DNA of 64,000 nt from positions 32,001 through 96,000 of the forward strand of contig CAWCFX010000002.1 of NCBI GenBank assembly GCA_963795085.1. Reading direction: 5' to 3'. The stretch comes from an uncultured Gemmatimonadales bacterium (lineage in GTDB: Bacteria > Gemmatimonadota > Gemmatimonadetes > Gemmatimonadales > GWC2-71-9). Positions 18,812 through 28,659 of this stretch are shown here, piece after piece. Below the pieces are notes generated by a model. The model was not told where the DNA came from, made no database searches, and was given only the letters and a program-made list of their open reading frames with translations. Every line of letters begins with the position of its first letter. Position 1 is the stretch's first letter. Position numbers and translations under genes: made by a program.

Positions 18812-20419
18812 GTGATCCTTGCGGCTCTACTGCTGATGGTCGTGCCCCTGGGCGGCGACTCCACCGTAATCGCCATTATTCCCCGCCCCGTGAGCGTGAC
18901 GGTGGGCCAGGGGCACTTCACGATCTCTGACCGCACAGCGATCTGGACCGACAGCGCCTCGGCGCCGCTCGGTCAGCAGCTCCGGGATTACCTCCGGCCG
19001 GCGACCGGGTTCGACCTGCCGGTCCGGTCCGGCTCTCCCGGCGCCGGCGCCATTGTCGTACGTCGTGACCCCGCGCTCGCCCGGCTGGGCGCCGAAGGTT
19101 ACCGGCTGGAGGTGCAACCGGGGCAGGTTACGATCTCCGGCAGCGCCGACGCCGGCCTCTTCTACGGAATCCAGAGCCTTCGCCAGCTCCTGCCGGCCGC
19201 GATTTTTCGGGAGGCCGCGGTGGCGGGCGCTGCCTGGACCATTCCGGCGGTGGTGATCGAGGATTACCCGCGTTTCAAATGGCGGGGGGCGCACCTCGAC
19301 GTCTCCCGCCACTTCATGCCCCGTGAGTTCGTCAAGAAGTACATCGATCTCCTCGCGCTCCACAAGATGAACTCCTTCCACTGGCACCTGACCGAAGACC
19401 AGGGCTGGCGGATCGAGATCCGGAAGTATCCCCGCCTCACCGAGGTCGGGGGCTGGCGGAACGAGACCCTGGTTGGCCGCTTTACGAGTGACCCGGCCAG
19501 GCGGGTTTTCGATGGCCAGCGGCACGGCGGGTATTACACCCAGGAGGATATTCGCGAGATCGTCGCGTACGCCGCGGTCCGCCATGTCAATATCGTCCCC
19601 GAGATCGAGATGCCGGGGCACGCCCAGGCCGCGATCTCGGCGTATCCCGGCCTGGGCAACACCGGCCGGCAGGTCCCGGTCATGACCATCTGGGGCGTGA
19701 GTGAGAACATCCTCAACCCCGAGGAGTCCACCATCCGGTTCATGCAGGACGTCCTGGCCGAGGTGCTGGAACTCTTTCCCGGTCCGTACATTCACATCGG
19801 GGGCGACGAGGCACCCAAGACCCAGTGGAAAAACAGCCCCCGGGCCCAGGCCCGGATGCGGGAACTGGGGCTCCGAGACGAGGACGAGTTACAGAGCTGG
19901 TTTATCCGGCGGATGGATACGTTTCTCACCGAGCGGGGGCGCCGGTTGGTGGGGTGGGACGAAATCCTGGAGGGAGGGCTGGCTCCCAACGCAACGGTGA
20001 TGTCGTGGCGGGGGATCAGCGGAGGGATCGCCGCGGCCCGGGCGGGACACGACGTGGTCATGGCCCCCGGCAGCCACACCTACTTCGATCACTACCAGTC
20101 CCAGGTCCGGGAACGGGAACCGATCGCCATCGGCGGCTTCACGCCGGTCGAGAAGGTCTATGGGTTCGATCCGGTGCCCGATTCCCTCGAGCCGAAGTAC
20201 CGGCAGCACGTCCTCGGCGCCCAGGGACAGGTGTGGACCGAGTATATCAAGACTCCAAAGCATGTCGAGTACATGGCGTTTCCGCGAATCAGCGCGCTGG
20301 CGGAAGTGCTCTGGACGCCGGTGGAGCGAAAGAGCTATCCGGATTTCAGCCGGCGCCTGCCCGCGCATCTCGACCGGCTGCGGGCGCTGGACGTCAACTA
20401 CCGGCCAGAGGGGCCATAG
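18812..20419 (+). CDS. Beta-N-acetylhexosaminidase (GH20)
   Basis: DYPRFKWRG, DVSRHF, HWHLTEDQGWR, PEIEMPGH, HIGGDE. Confidence 0.95.
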   Translation: MILAALLLMVVPLGGDSTVIAIIPRPVSVTVGQGHFTISDRTAIWTDSASAPLGQQLRDYLRPATGFDLPVRSGSPGAGAIVVRRDPALARLGAEGYRLEVQPGQVTISGSADAGLFYGIQSLRQLLPAAIFREAAVAGAAWTIPAVVIEDYPRFKWRGAHLDVSRHFMPREFVKKYIDLLALHKMNSFHWHLTEDQGWRIEIRKYPRLTEVGGWRNETLVGRFTSDPARRVFDGQRHGGYYTQEDIREIVAYAAVRHVNIVPEIEMPGHAQAAISAYPGLGNTGRQVPVMTIWGVSENILNPEESTIRFMQDVLAEVLELFPGPYIHIGGDEAPKTQWKNSPRAQARMRELGLRDEDELQSWFIRRMDTFLTERGRRLVGWDEILEGGLAPNATVMSWRGISGGIAAARAGHDVVMAPGSHTYFDHYQSQVREREPIAIGGFTPVEKVYGFDPVPDSLEPKYRQHVLGAQGQVWTEYIKTPKHVEYMAFPRISALAEVLWTPVERKSYPDFSRRLPAHLDRLRALDVNYRPEGP

Positions 20420-20467
20420 GCGGGAACTCCTCTATCACCCATCGGGCAGTGATTCTCTGGTCAGAAG

Positions 20468-21742
20468 CTAACGGCTGGCGGTGGACGGCCTTTTCCTGTC
20501 GCCGGGCTTCCAGGTGCCTTTCGCCACCGCGGGCATGAAGGTCTCGAGGCCGGGAGGCGGGAAGTCCAGAGTCCGTCCGGTTTCGGCCGACTGATAGGCC
20601 GTCATCAGGAGCCGCACTACCTCAAACCCGTCATCCAGGGTCAGCAGGGGTTCTTCCTTGCCGAGGAAGACCCGGACGAAATGGCGATCTTCCGCCTCGT
20701 ATCCATAGGCGACGGGCTCCTGGGCGACCACCGGCATCAATCCCATCTCCGCGTTCTGTTTTTCCACCAGGTCCTCGCCGGCCTTGCCCCGGACTTCGCG
20801 GCTGAAAAACAGCTTGAGCTCGCTGTCCAGGGTATTCCAGCTCATGGAGTACTCCGGCCCCATCAACTCGCCGGAAAGCCGGAGGCCCGCCCCGACAAAG
20901 CTCCATGAGGTCGAGGCTTCGCCGATCAGGGTGTGTCCTTCGGCGTCCTCAAACTCGATGGTGACGCTGGCGAAATCTTCAGACGGCGCCTTCGTGTAGT
21001 CCACCGCTTTGCCCATCGTGTCGGCCAGCTGCTTCGCGTACTCCGGGCGGGTCCACTTGAGGCTGGCGATTCGGCCGCTCACCCGGACCGGCCGGATGCT
21101 GTCCCGGCGGTCTCCCGGCTTGGTGAGGAGGAAGCGGACCAATTCGACCGAGTGGCACATCATGTCGTTGAGCACGCCGCCACCCTGGAGGTTCCCCTGC
21201 CAGAACCAGGGGGCATGCGGCCCGCTGTGTTCCTCCGCTGCCCGCGCCAGGTACGGGCGGCCGGTGGTCGCCGCGCCGCGGGCCCAGATCAGCTCCCGCC
21301 CCCGGGTCACGGCGGGCGAGAAAAGCTGGTTCTCCAGGTAGCCGTGGCGGAGTCCGGCGCTGGTCACCAGGTCCCGCACGGTGATCGCTTCCGCGAGGTT
21401 CCGGGCCAGGGGTTTTTCGCAGGCCAGGCCGGCCAGGGCTCCCTTGCCCCGGGTAATCGTATCCACGATCTCTTCCACGTTTTCGATCCGGGTGTGGTTG
21501 GGGCCACACAGCCAGATGGCGTCAATGGAGGGATCCGCCACCATGGCGGCGATGGAGGCAAAGGCCCTGGCATCGCCAACGTCGAGGGAGCGCGCAAAGG
21601 CGGCGGCATCGGCCGCACGCCCGGCGTTCGGGCTCCAGATGCCCCGGACATCCGCGTCCCGCACCCCGGTGAAGGCCTGGATGTGAAACCGGGTGTTGAA
21701 CCCGCTTCCGATGAACCCGACGCCGAGTCGCTTACCGGGCAT
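20468..21742 (-). CDS. Gfo/Idh/MocA family oxidoreductase
   Basis: GFIGSG, CEKPLA, GGGVLNDMMCH. Confidence 0.9.
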   Translation of the reverse strand: MPGKRLGVGFIGSGFNTRFHIQAFTGVRDADVRGIWSPNAGRAADAAAFARSLDVGDARAFASIAAMVADPSIDAIWLCGPNHTRIENVEEIVDTITRGKGALAGLACEKPLARNLAEAITVRDLVTSAGLRHGYLENQLFSPAVTRGRELIWARGAATTGRPYLARAAEEHSGPHAPWFWQGNLQGGGVLNDMMCHSVELVRFLLTKPGDRRDSIRPVRVSGRIASLKWTRPEYAKQLADTMGKAVDYTKAPSEDFASVTIEFEDAEGHTLIGEASTSWSFVGAGLRLSGELMGPEYSMSWNTLDSELKLFFSREVRGKAGEDLVEKQNAEMGLMPVVAQEPVAYGYEAEDRHFVRVFLGKEEPLLTLDDGFEVVRLLMTAYQSAETGRTLDFPPPGLETFMPAVAKGTWKPGDRKRPSTASR

Positions 21743-21858
21743 GTAGAGGTCCTTGAGGTGTGTAGAGATCGGTTGGCAGCCTGCACGGGGGAAGACAAAG
21801 CCCAACTCCTCACCGGGAACGCCGTGATATAGGAGCCCGTTCCCCCGCCTGGAATTTC

Positions 21859-22452
21859 CTAGTATCGGACTCCCAGCTTGGCCAGCGCTTCGGGCGGGCA
21901 GCCGTTCCACTCGGTCACGAATGTGTTGCCGCGGTACTGCAGGTCGGCCACGCCGAGCTTGCTGGAAAAGAATGCCGATGCGGTCATGTCGCGGAAGCGG
22001 GTGAAGAACTCGACGCCGTGGCTCAGCTCCGGTTTGGCCTTCGCCGGGTAGGCGAGGTCATCGAGCAGGGCGGTCTGCTCGGCCGGAGTAGCGGACCCGA
22101 ACGCCTTGCCCGTGCGCCGCCGCATCTCGTTGTCCATCCAGGCCAGCCCTCCCCGCACGGCGACCTGGTTATCGGGATATTCGCTCAGGATGTAGTCGAT
22201 GAACTCCGGTGCGGCGGCGTCGGACGCGCTGCCCGACCGCTCGTCCCTCGGGATGATCAGGTCACCCAGCACCCGGACGGTTTCGAACTCCTGGGGCGTG
22301 AAAAACTTGAGGTCCGCCGGGGCCGGGGATGCCTGGGCCCGTACGGCCGCCGCCCGGGCCCGTGCGACGGCATCCGGCGACCAGTTGAGCGCGGTAGTAA
22401 GGGGGACCGCCGCCAGGATTCCCAATAGGTCCCGCCGTTTCATGCCCGCCAT
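21859..22452 (-). CDS. Gluconate 2-dehydrogenase subunit 3 family protein (Tat-exported)
   Basis: KRRDLL Tat motif; DLIIP..SGSASDA..PEFID. Confidence 0.88.
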   Translation of the reverse strand: MAGMKRRDLLGILAAVPLTTALNWSPDAVARARAAAVRAQASPAPADLKFFTPQEFETVRVLGDLIIPRDERSGSASDAAAPEFIDYILSEYPDNQVAVRGGLAWMDNEMRRRTGKAFGSATPAEQTALLDDLAYPAKAKPELSHGVEFFTRFRDMTASAFFSSKLGVADLQYRGNTFVTEWNGCPPEALAKLGVRY

Positions 22453-22480
22453 GTCGTGCCCCCTGGATGATCAGATCAAA

Positions 22481-22552
22481 TTCCCTCAATTCCCTCAATT
22501 CCCTCAATTCCCTCAATTCCCTCATTTCCCTCAATTCCCTCAATTCCCTCAA
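22481..22552 (-). repeat. 9-bp tandem repeat TTCCCTCAA x8 abutting the GMC oxidoreductase stop
   Basis: Read directly; one unit is TTCCCTCAT. Confidence 0.95.
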
Positions 22553-24271
22553 TTACAAAGCTCCCGCCCGCCGCTGTTCGATGATGTACTCGCTGGTGCG
22601 CATGGAGAGCGCCAGGATGGTCCACGTCGGGTTCTTGTCCGCCTGGGATACGAACGGTCCGCCGTCCGCCACGAACAGATTTTTCACGTCGTGGGCCTGG
22701 CAATGCCGGTTGAGGACGGAGGTCACCGGGTCGTTGCCCATCCGGGTGACCCCCAGCTCGTGGATGATGCTGCCTCCGTTCGCGATGCCGTACCCGTTGT
22801 CCGCGCTTGGCATGGGGGAGAAGACCTGCCCGCCCATCTCGGCAATCAGGGAGCGAAACGTCTCCTGCATGTGCTTGACCTGCCGGTATTCGTGGTCAGT
22901 CCATTTCCAGGTGAAGCGGAGCACCGGGATGCCCCAGCGGTCCAGGACCTTGGGGTCGATCTCGCAGTAGGAGTCGGCGTTGGGAACCATCTCGCCGCGG
23001 CCGGAGAATCCCACGGTCGCGCCGTAGTAACGGCGATACTGGTCTTTGAGGGACTTTCCGTAGCCGCCGCCCTCGGGGTAGCGGTGAATGCCGCCCATGA
23101 AGCCGTAGGCCGGCGGATGGAGCCCGCCCCAGATCTCGACGTGATAGCCTCGCGGGAAATCGAGCGTCTTGTTGTCCAGCCACCAGGGCATGTACAGGTG
23201 CCCGCCCCCGGTGCCGTCCTCGTTGTGGGGAACATGGTCCATCAGTTTGGGAATGAAACCCGCGACATCGGTCCCGGTCGTATCGGTGAGATAGCGGCCC
23301 ACCGTCCCGCTGGAGTTGGCAAGCCCCTGGGGAAACCGGCCTGACTTCGAGTTGAGCAGCAGCCGGGCGGATTCGCAGGCGCTGGCGGCCAGCACCACGA
23401 TGCGAGCCTGCACGTGGAGGTCCTGTCCGGTCGTCTTGTCGATATAGTTGACCCCGGTGGCCAGGCCATCGGGGCCGGTGGTCACCTCCCGCGCCATCGC
23501 GTTGGTCACGAGGGTGAGCTTGCCGGTCTCCCGGGCCGGGAGGATCAGGACGTTCCCGGAGGAAAAATTGGAATTGGTCCGGCACCCTCGCCCACACTGG
23601 CCGCAATAGTGGCACGCGGGCCGCCCGTTGTGGGGCCGGGTCAGAATGGACAGCCGGGAGGGAATGCAGGTGACCCGCATCTTGTCGGCCGCCTGCTTGA
23701 CCATGAGCTCGTAGCAGCGGGGCCGGGGGGCCGGCAGGAAGTTGCCGTCGGGCTCGTTGGGGAGGCCTTCCCGGCTGCCATAGATGCCCACCAGGTCGTC
23801 CACCCGGTCGTAGTAGGGCTTGAGATCGTCATAGCTGATGGGCCAGTCGTCGCCCAGGCCGTCCAGGCTCTTGCGGCGAAAGTCGTTGGGACCGAAGCGG
23901 AGCGAAATCCGGCCCCAGTGATTGGTCCGTCCCCCCAGCATCCGTACCCGGAACCAGTCAAACCGGGTGCCCGGCGCCCGGGTGTAGGGTTCCCCCTTGA
24001 GCGACCAGCCGCCGAGGCCGGCGTCGAACTCTCCGAAGTTGCGTTCCGGCGTGGACGCGCCGCGCCGGGGCGAGTCGTACGGCCAGGTGAGCATCGCGGA
24101 ATCGGTGGCGTTGTCCCACATGACGCCGGCCTCGAGCATGACCACTTCGGCGCCCGCGTCGGTGAGCATCTTCGCGGCCATCCCGCCGCCGGCACCGGAG
24201 CCGACGATGCAGACGTCATAGACCTTGCTATGGGAAGCTCCGGGCATCACGGGTCCTCGTGGCGGTGGCAT
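22553..24271 (-). CDS. GMC family FAD oxidoreductase (glycoside 3-dehydrogenase-like) 1
   Basis: IVGSGAGG, GGRTNHWGR, CHYCGQCGRGC, HELG..RMG, NPTWT. Confidence 0.9.
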   Translation of the reverse strand: MPPPRGPVMPGASHSKVYDVCIVGSGAGGGMAAKMLTDAGAEVVMLEAGVMWDNATDSAMLTWPYDSPRRGASTPERNFGEFDAGLGGWSLKGEPYTRAPGTRFDWFRVRMLGGRTNHWGRISLRFGPNDFRRKSLDGLGDDWPISYDDLKPYYDRVDDLVGIYGSREGLPNEPDGNFLPAPRPRCYELMVKQAADKMRVTCIPSRLSILTRPHNGRPACHYCGQCGRGCRTNSNFSSGNVLILPARETGKLTLVTNAMAREVTTGPDGLATGVNYIDKTTGQDLHVQARIVVLAASACESARLLLNSKSGRFPQGLANSSGTVGRYLTDTTGTDVAGFIPKLMDHVPHNEDGTGGGHLYMPWWLDNKTLDFPRGYHVEIWGGLHPPAYGFMGGIHRYPEGGGYGKSLKDQYRRYYGATVGFSGRGEMVPNADSYCEIDPKVLDRWGIPVLRFTWKWTDHEYRQVKHMQETFRSLIAEMGGQVFSPMPSADNGYGIANGGSIIHELGVTRMGNDPVTSVLNRHCQAHDVKNLFVADGGPFVSQADKNPTWTILALSMRTSEYIIEQRRAGAL

Positions 24272-24343
24272 GGGGTGAAGTACTGCGGGCAGTTTCCTAA
24301 TGTAGCATGCGCCGCCCCCGGGCGGAACGCGCCGGAGAGCGGG

Positions 24344-24793
24344 TCAGGCGTCCAGGATGGGGCGGCTCTGTTTCTTTTCTTTCAGCCGCTGTACGTCCTC
24401 GAACCGGTAGACCACCAGCCCGGAGTCGGTGATTTCCACGTCGCCGATGCCCCGCTGCATCAGGGACTCCAGCGACTGCTGGGCGTCCTCCGGAGAGACC
24501 CCCAGTTCACCGACGATCTCGATCACCGTGAGCCGCCCGCTTTTTCGCCCGGCGAGCCGGATGACCTCGGACTCGATTGCCGGCAGGGTGCGGGGTACCT
24601 CCCCGGCCGGCTGGCGCCGCTCCTGCCGGTGCAGGTGAATGAGCCCCCCCGCCGCGGCCGCCGGGATCCCCACCGCGACTCCATACGTCAGGATCGCCAC
24701 CGGCCAGGTCATCGGCGTCTCCGCCAGCGAGAGACCGAGCAACATGAACAGCGCCACCGAGATCAGTATGCCGGCCCCGATCAGCTTCGTCAC
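24344..24793 (-). CDS. Hypothetical membrane protein (2 TM plus winged-helix-like tail)
   Basis: GTG start 24793; hydrophobic N-terminus; GRLTVIEI...GLVVYRF. Confidence 0.65.
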   Translation of the reverse strand: MTKLIGAGILISVALFMLLGLSLAETPMTWPVAILTYGVAVGIPAAAAGGLIHLHRQERRQPAGEVPRTLPAIESEVIRLAGRKSGRLTVIEIVGELGVSPEDAQQSLESLMQRGIGDVEITDSGLVVYRFEDVQRLKEKKQSRPILDA

Positions 24794-24797
24794 GGGA

Positions 24798-25652
24798 TTA
24801 GACGGACAGACCCTTGAGGTACTGGTAGCTGCGCGCCGCGGACGCCAGGGGATCGGCCGGCTGGTCGTGTTCCACAAAGAAGTGGCGGATCCCGGCCTCC
24901 TTTCTATGGGCCAGGATGGCCCCGAAGTCGATGTCGCCCTGGCCCACGTCCACCATCTGGGGGCGATCGCCGCCCTTCTTCATGTCTTTCACGTGGACCA
25001 TCGGGAACCGCCCCGGATAGCGCCGGAAATATTGCATCGGGTCGTGGCCGCCCAGGGTGATCCAGTAGAGGTCCAGCTCGATTCGCACCAGGGCCGGGTC
25101 GGTCTCCGCGAGGAGCAGGTCAAAGGGCACCGGGCCGGCGCCGAGTGAGTGGAATTCGAAGTCGTGGTTGTGATAGGCGAACTCCAATCCTGCATTCCTG
25201 GCCTGCCGTGCGGCCCGGTTGAATCGCTCCGCTACCCGCTTCCAGTCTTCCAGCGTACGCCGGTCCTCTGCCGGCGTCCAGGCGATGACGACGTACTGGT
25301 GCCCCAGCCGGTTGGCGGTGTCGAGCGCGCCCCGCCAGGCCTCCGGGTCCTTCACGGCCTCATACGGCAGGTGCCCGGAGGGGGTCTTGAGACCGACGCG
25401 CTCCAGCACGGACTTTACCTCTTCCGGCGTGCGATCATACAGACCGGCGAACTCGACCTCCTGGTAGCCGATCGCGGCCACCCGCTCCAGGGTTCGCTCG
25501 AAGTTCGAGGCCATTTCGGTGCGCAGGGTGTAAAGCTGGATCCCGATGCGGTCGAGGGTGTCCCGTCCCATGGAGAGTCCGGGGTGCCAGGGAAAGGCGG
25601 CAGCCGCCAGCGCCGTGGCGGAGGTCCGGCAGAAGTCCCGGCGAAAGATCAT
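24798..25652 (-). CDS. Sugar phosphate isomerase/epimerase (xylose-isomerase-like TIM barrel), Tat signal
   Basis: RRDF, GIQLYTLR, YHNHDFEF, ELDLYW, HVKD, FVEHD. Confidence 0.9.
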   Translation of the reverse strand: MIFRRDFCRTSATALAAAAFPWHPGLSMGRDTLDRIGIQLYTLRTEMASNFERTLERVAAIGYQEVEFAGLYDRTPEEVKSVLERVGLKTPSGHLPYEAVKDPEAWRGALDTANRLGHQYVVIAWTPAEDRRTLEDWKRVAERFNRAARQARNAGLEFAYHNHDFEFHSLGAGPVPFDLLLAETDPALVRIELDLYWITLGGHDPMQYFRRYPGRFPMVHVKDMKKGGDRPQMVDVGQGDIDFGAILAHRKEAGIRHFFVEHDQPADPLASAARSYQYLKGLSV

Positions 25653-25693
25653 CAGATGGCTCTCCTGGAAGTGGGATCGTCGATCATCACGCC

Positions 25694-25796
25694 GCACTCT
25701 GCAGTCTGCACTCTGCACTCGTACTCTGCACTCTGTACTCTGCACTCTGTACTCTATACTAGTACTCTGTACTCTGTACTCTGCACTCTGCACTCA
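25694..25796 (-). repeat. 7-bp tandem repeat (AGTGCAG/AGTACAG on the minus strand), about 14 degenerate units from the GMC2 stop
   Basis: gcactct/gtactct units read directly. Confidence 0.92.
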
Positions 25797-27479
25797 GATC
25801 TCGTTCCGCTTCATTGCCCCCACCGCAAACGCGGCGGCCCGGGCGGTCAGCGCCATGTAGGTGATGGAGGGATTCTGGTTGGCCGAGCTGGTCATGCAGG
25901 CGCCATCGGTGACGAACAGGTTGGGAACGTCGTGCGCCTGGTTGTGGCCGTTGAGCACCGAGCTGCGCGGGTCGCGTCCCATGCGGGCGGTGCCCATTTC
26001 GTGGATCGTGCGGCCCGGTGGGTGGTCATCCACAAACGTACGGATGTCCTTGAGCCCGGCGGCATCGAGCATCTCGCCGGCGGTTGCCGACATGTCCTTG
26101 AGCATGCGGCGCTCGTTGTCACTCCACTCGCAGTGAATGCGGAGTGCGGGAATACCCCACTTGTCCTGCACGGCCGGGTCCAGGTCAACCCGGTTGGTGG
26201 GGCGGGGCAGGCACTCCCCAAAGCCGTAGAACCCGAAGGTCCACGGCCCCGGCGTACGGAGCGCCGCCTTGAGCTGGGTGCCGAAGCCGGGGAGGTCATT
26301 GCCGCGGCCCCAACCGGCGCGCCCGCCGCCGCCCTGGAAACCATAGCCCCTGAGGAAGTCGGGATGCTGGTCTTTCACATTGCGGAACCGGGGCAGGTAG
26401 ATGCCGTTGGGCCGCCGTCCGAAGGTCGCCTGGTCTTCCATGCCCTCGAGCCGGCCCGAGGCGCCGCCGCCCATGGTGTGATCCATCAGGTTCCGGCCCA
26501 GTTCGCCGCTGGAGTTCGCCAGGCCCGTGGGGAACCGTTCCGTCCTGGAGTTGAGCAGGATCCGGGTGGATTCGAGGGCGGACGCGCAGAGAAAAACGAC
26601 GCGGGCCTGGTACTCGATCGATTCGCGGGTGTTGGCGTCGATAACGCGGACGCCGGTCGCCCGGTCGCGCCTGGCGTCATAGGTGACGGCTTCGACCACG
26701 CTCCAGGGCCGGAGGGTGAGCCGACCGGTGGCGTACGCCGCCGGCAGGGTGACCCCGACGCTGCTGAAATATGAATGGGTCACGCATCCCCGTTCGCAGG
26801 GCCCGCAGTAGTGGCAGGCGGCCCGGCCCCCATGCGGCTGGGTGAGAATGGCCGCCCGGCCGATCGTCAAAACACGCTCGCCGCCAAAGGAACGCATGAT
26901 TGCTCCCTGGACCGCCTTCTCCGCGCAGTTAAGCGGCATCGGCGGCAGGAACTGGCCGTCGGGAAGCTGGGGAAGCCCCAGCCGTTCTCCGCTGACCCCG
27001 ATGAACCGTTCCACGTGGTCGTACCAGGGCGCGATATCGGCATACCGGAGTGGCCAGTCCACCCCGTATCCGTCCCGCGCGTTGGCCTCGAAATCCAGGT
27101 CGCTCCAGCGATAGACCTGGCGCCCCCACATGATCGAACGCCCCCCGACCTGTCGGCCCCGGATCCAGGTAAACGGCGTGGTGGCATCGAAGGTGTAGGG
27201 GTTCTCCCGGTCGTTGACGAAGAACTTGTGGCCCCATTCGTCGCAGGCGTAGCACTGCTTCTGGATGAACTGGTCCCGCTCCAGCTCTTCCCGGTTGCCG
27301 AACCCGCGGAACCGCAGGTCCCACGGCGGGACGTGTTCGACATAGTCGGCGGGGGTCGTCGGACCACCCGCCTCGAGCACCAGGGTCCGGAGTCCATGTT
27401 CGCAGAGTTCCTTGGCGGCCCATCCCCCGCTGATGCCGGAACCCACCACGATCGCGTCGTAGCTCTCCCGGCCGCTCAT
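25794..27479 (-). CDS. GMC family FAD oxidoreductase (glycoside 3-dehydrogenase-like) 2
   Basis: VVGSGISGGWAAKEL, GGRSIMWGRQ, CHYCGPCERGC, IHEMGTARMG, NPSITYMA. Confidence 0.92.
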   Translation of the reverse strand: MSGRESYDAIVVGSGISGGWAAKELCEHGLRTLVLEAGGPTTPADYVEHVPPWDLRFRGFGNREELERDQFIQKQCYACDEWGHKFFVNDRENPYTFDATTPFTWIRGRQVGGRSIMWGRQVYRWSDLDFEANARDGYGVDWPLRYADIAPWYDHVERFIGVSGERLGLPQLPDGQFLPPMPLNCAEKAVQGAIMRSFGGERVLTIGRAAILTQPHGGRAACHYCGPCERGCVTHSYFSSVGVTLPAAYATGRLTLRPWSVVEAVTYDARRDRATGVRVIDANTRESIEYQARVVFLCASALESTRILLNSRTERFPTGLANSSGELGRNLMDHTMGGGASGRLEGMEDQATFGRRPNGIYLPRFRNVKDQHPDFLRGYGFQGGGGRAGWGRGNDLPGFGTQLKAALRTPGPWTFGFYGFGECLPRPTNRVDLDPAVQDKWGIPALRIHCEWSDNERRMLKDMSATAGEMLDAAGLKDIRTFVDDHPPGRTIHEMGTARMGRDPRSSVLNGHNQAHDVPNLFVTDGACMTSSANQNPSITYMALTARAAAFAVGAMKRNEI

Positions 27480-28030
27480 CCGTCCAGCCGCTCCGTGACA
27501 CACCCGTCATACCGGCCGGGAATAATGGCATACCGCAGTTCTTCCTTCATGCCGGCTTCGGACGTGTAGTAGCCATACAGCGTGAGTCCCTTGATCCGCT
27601 GAAAAAAGTTCCCGGCCGGAGCCCGGCTGGCCTTCAGGGCCTGGAGTTCGTCGTCCATTTTCTGAAGAAGCTCAATCTGGGCGTCTTCGGAGAGTGCCAG
27701 AAAACTTTCCGCCCCGGGTCGGCTCCGGGCGTCCACGTTGGCCAGGCCGGCCATGAACAGGGACCGCTCCTCGTCCCGGTACCATTCGCCCACGATCACC
27801 GCGATGAACTGGGGAACCCCCGCGTCGAGGGCGCCCGGGGTGTCGGTCCGCGGAATGATGAGATCGCTGATGCGGGCCACGGTATCCGCCTGGTGCGTTG
27901 AAAAGGGGCCGAGCGGCCGGCCGGGGTGATAGCGGAGCTGCCGGGAGGCTGCCCAGAGCCGTTCGGGCCGGATGGTCGCGAGAATGGCGCCGGCACAGGC
28001 AACAGTGGCAAGGAGGTCGCGTCGGTTCAT
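27476..28030 (-). CDS. Gluconate 2-dehydrogenase subunit 3 family protein (Tat-exported) 2
   Basis: NRRDLL, IIPRTDTPGA, GYYTSE, IPGRYDGC. Confidence 0.9.
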   Translation of the reverse strand: MNRRDLLATVACAGAILATIRPERLWAASRQLRYHPGRPLGPFSTHQADTVARISDLIIPRTDTPGALDAGVPQFIAVIVGEWYRDEERSLFMAGLANVDARSRPGAESFLALSEDAQIELLQKMDDELQALKASRAPAGNFFQRIKGLTLYGYYTSEAGMKEELRYAIIPGRYDGCVTERLDG

Positions 28031-28076
28031 TACGCCGGCCAGGGGAGGGATGTCATTTCAACATAACCAGGCGGCA

Positions 28077-28553
28077 TCATCCCGGCTGCCTGGTGGCGGC
28101 CGGGACGCCCCGCACGAAGCCGATGTAGTCGGTGGCCGCCGGAACCGCTCCCCCTTCGCGCATGGCCCTGGCGATCTGTCCCCGGTGATAGGCCCCGTGG
28201 AGGCAGACGTGGAGCAGGATATCCTCGATGGAGGATTCGAATGCCTGGCCGGCGGAATTCCGGTATGGTACCATCCGGTCGAAGCCTGATGGGGTGTGCT
28301 CCACCAGCCTCTGGAATGCGGCGAGGTTTTCCTCTGCCAGCCGAACGCACTGCTCCACCGTCAGATCAGGCCAGACCGCGATGCGCGACTCCCGTCCTTC
28401 GATCCTTCCCAGCCAGACGTGCTCGGCTCCCAGGACGTGTGCCAGGAGGTCAATCCACCCCGGGTCCGGTTCCTGGGCCCGCGCGAGGGCGGTCAGCACC
28501 TCCCGATCGGCCCAGCCGAGGTGGGCGAAAAGCCTTGAGAAAGCGACGGACAT
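28077..28553 (-). CDS. DinB family protein
   Basis: HVLGAE..WL.RI; HVCLHGAYHRGQI. Confidence 0.85.
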   Translation of the reverse strand: MSVAFSRLFAHLGWADREVLTALARAQEPDPGWIDLLAHVLGAEHVWLGRIEGRESRIAVWPDLTVEQCVRLAEENLAAFQRLVEHTPSGFDRMVPYRNSAGQAFESSIEDILLHVCLHGAYHRGQIARAMREGGAVPAATDYIGFVRGVPAATRQPG

Positions 28554-28659
28554 GCCGATAATCCTTGAGGAGGGGGGGTGTTGGGCCCGCGCCTTGCCTT
28601 TCCCGCGCCGGTAACCCATTCTCCAGCTAAGGCTTACCTCGACTTGAGGGTCCTGCTCA

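Noticed and set aside
25653..25793. N-terminal extension QSAEYRV... of the TIM-barrel ORF, and other repeat-derived ORFs (3039-3407, 14054-14363, 22262-22552, 51088-51509, 60016-60336)
   Set aside because: Translations of tandem repeats; the real start is the Tat-signal ATG at 25652
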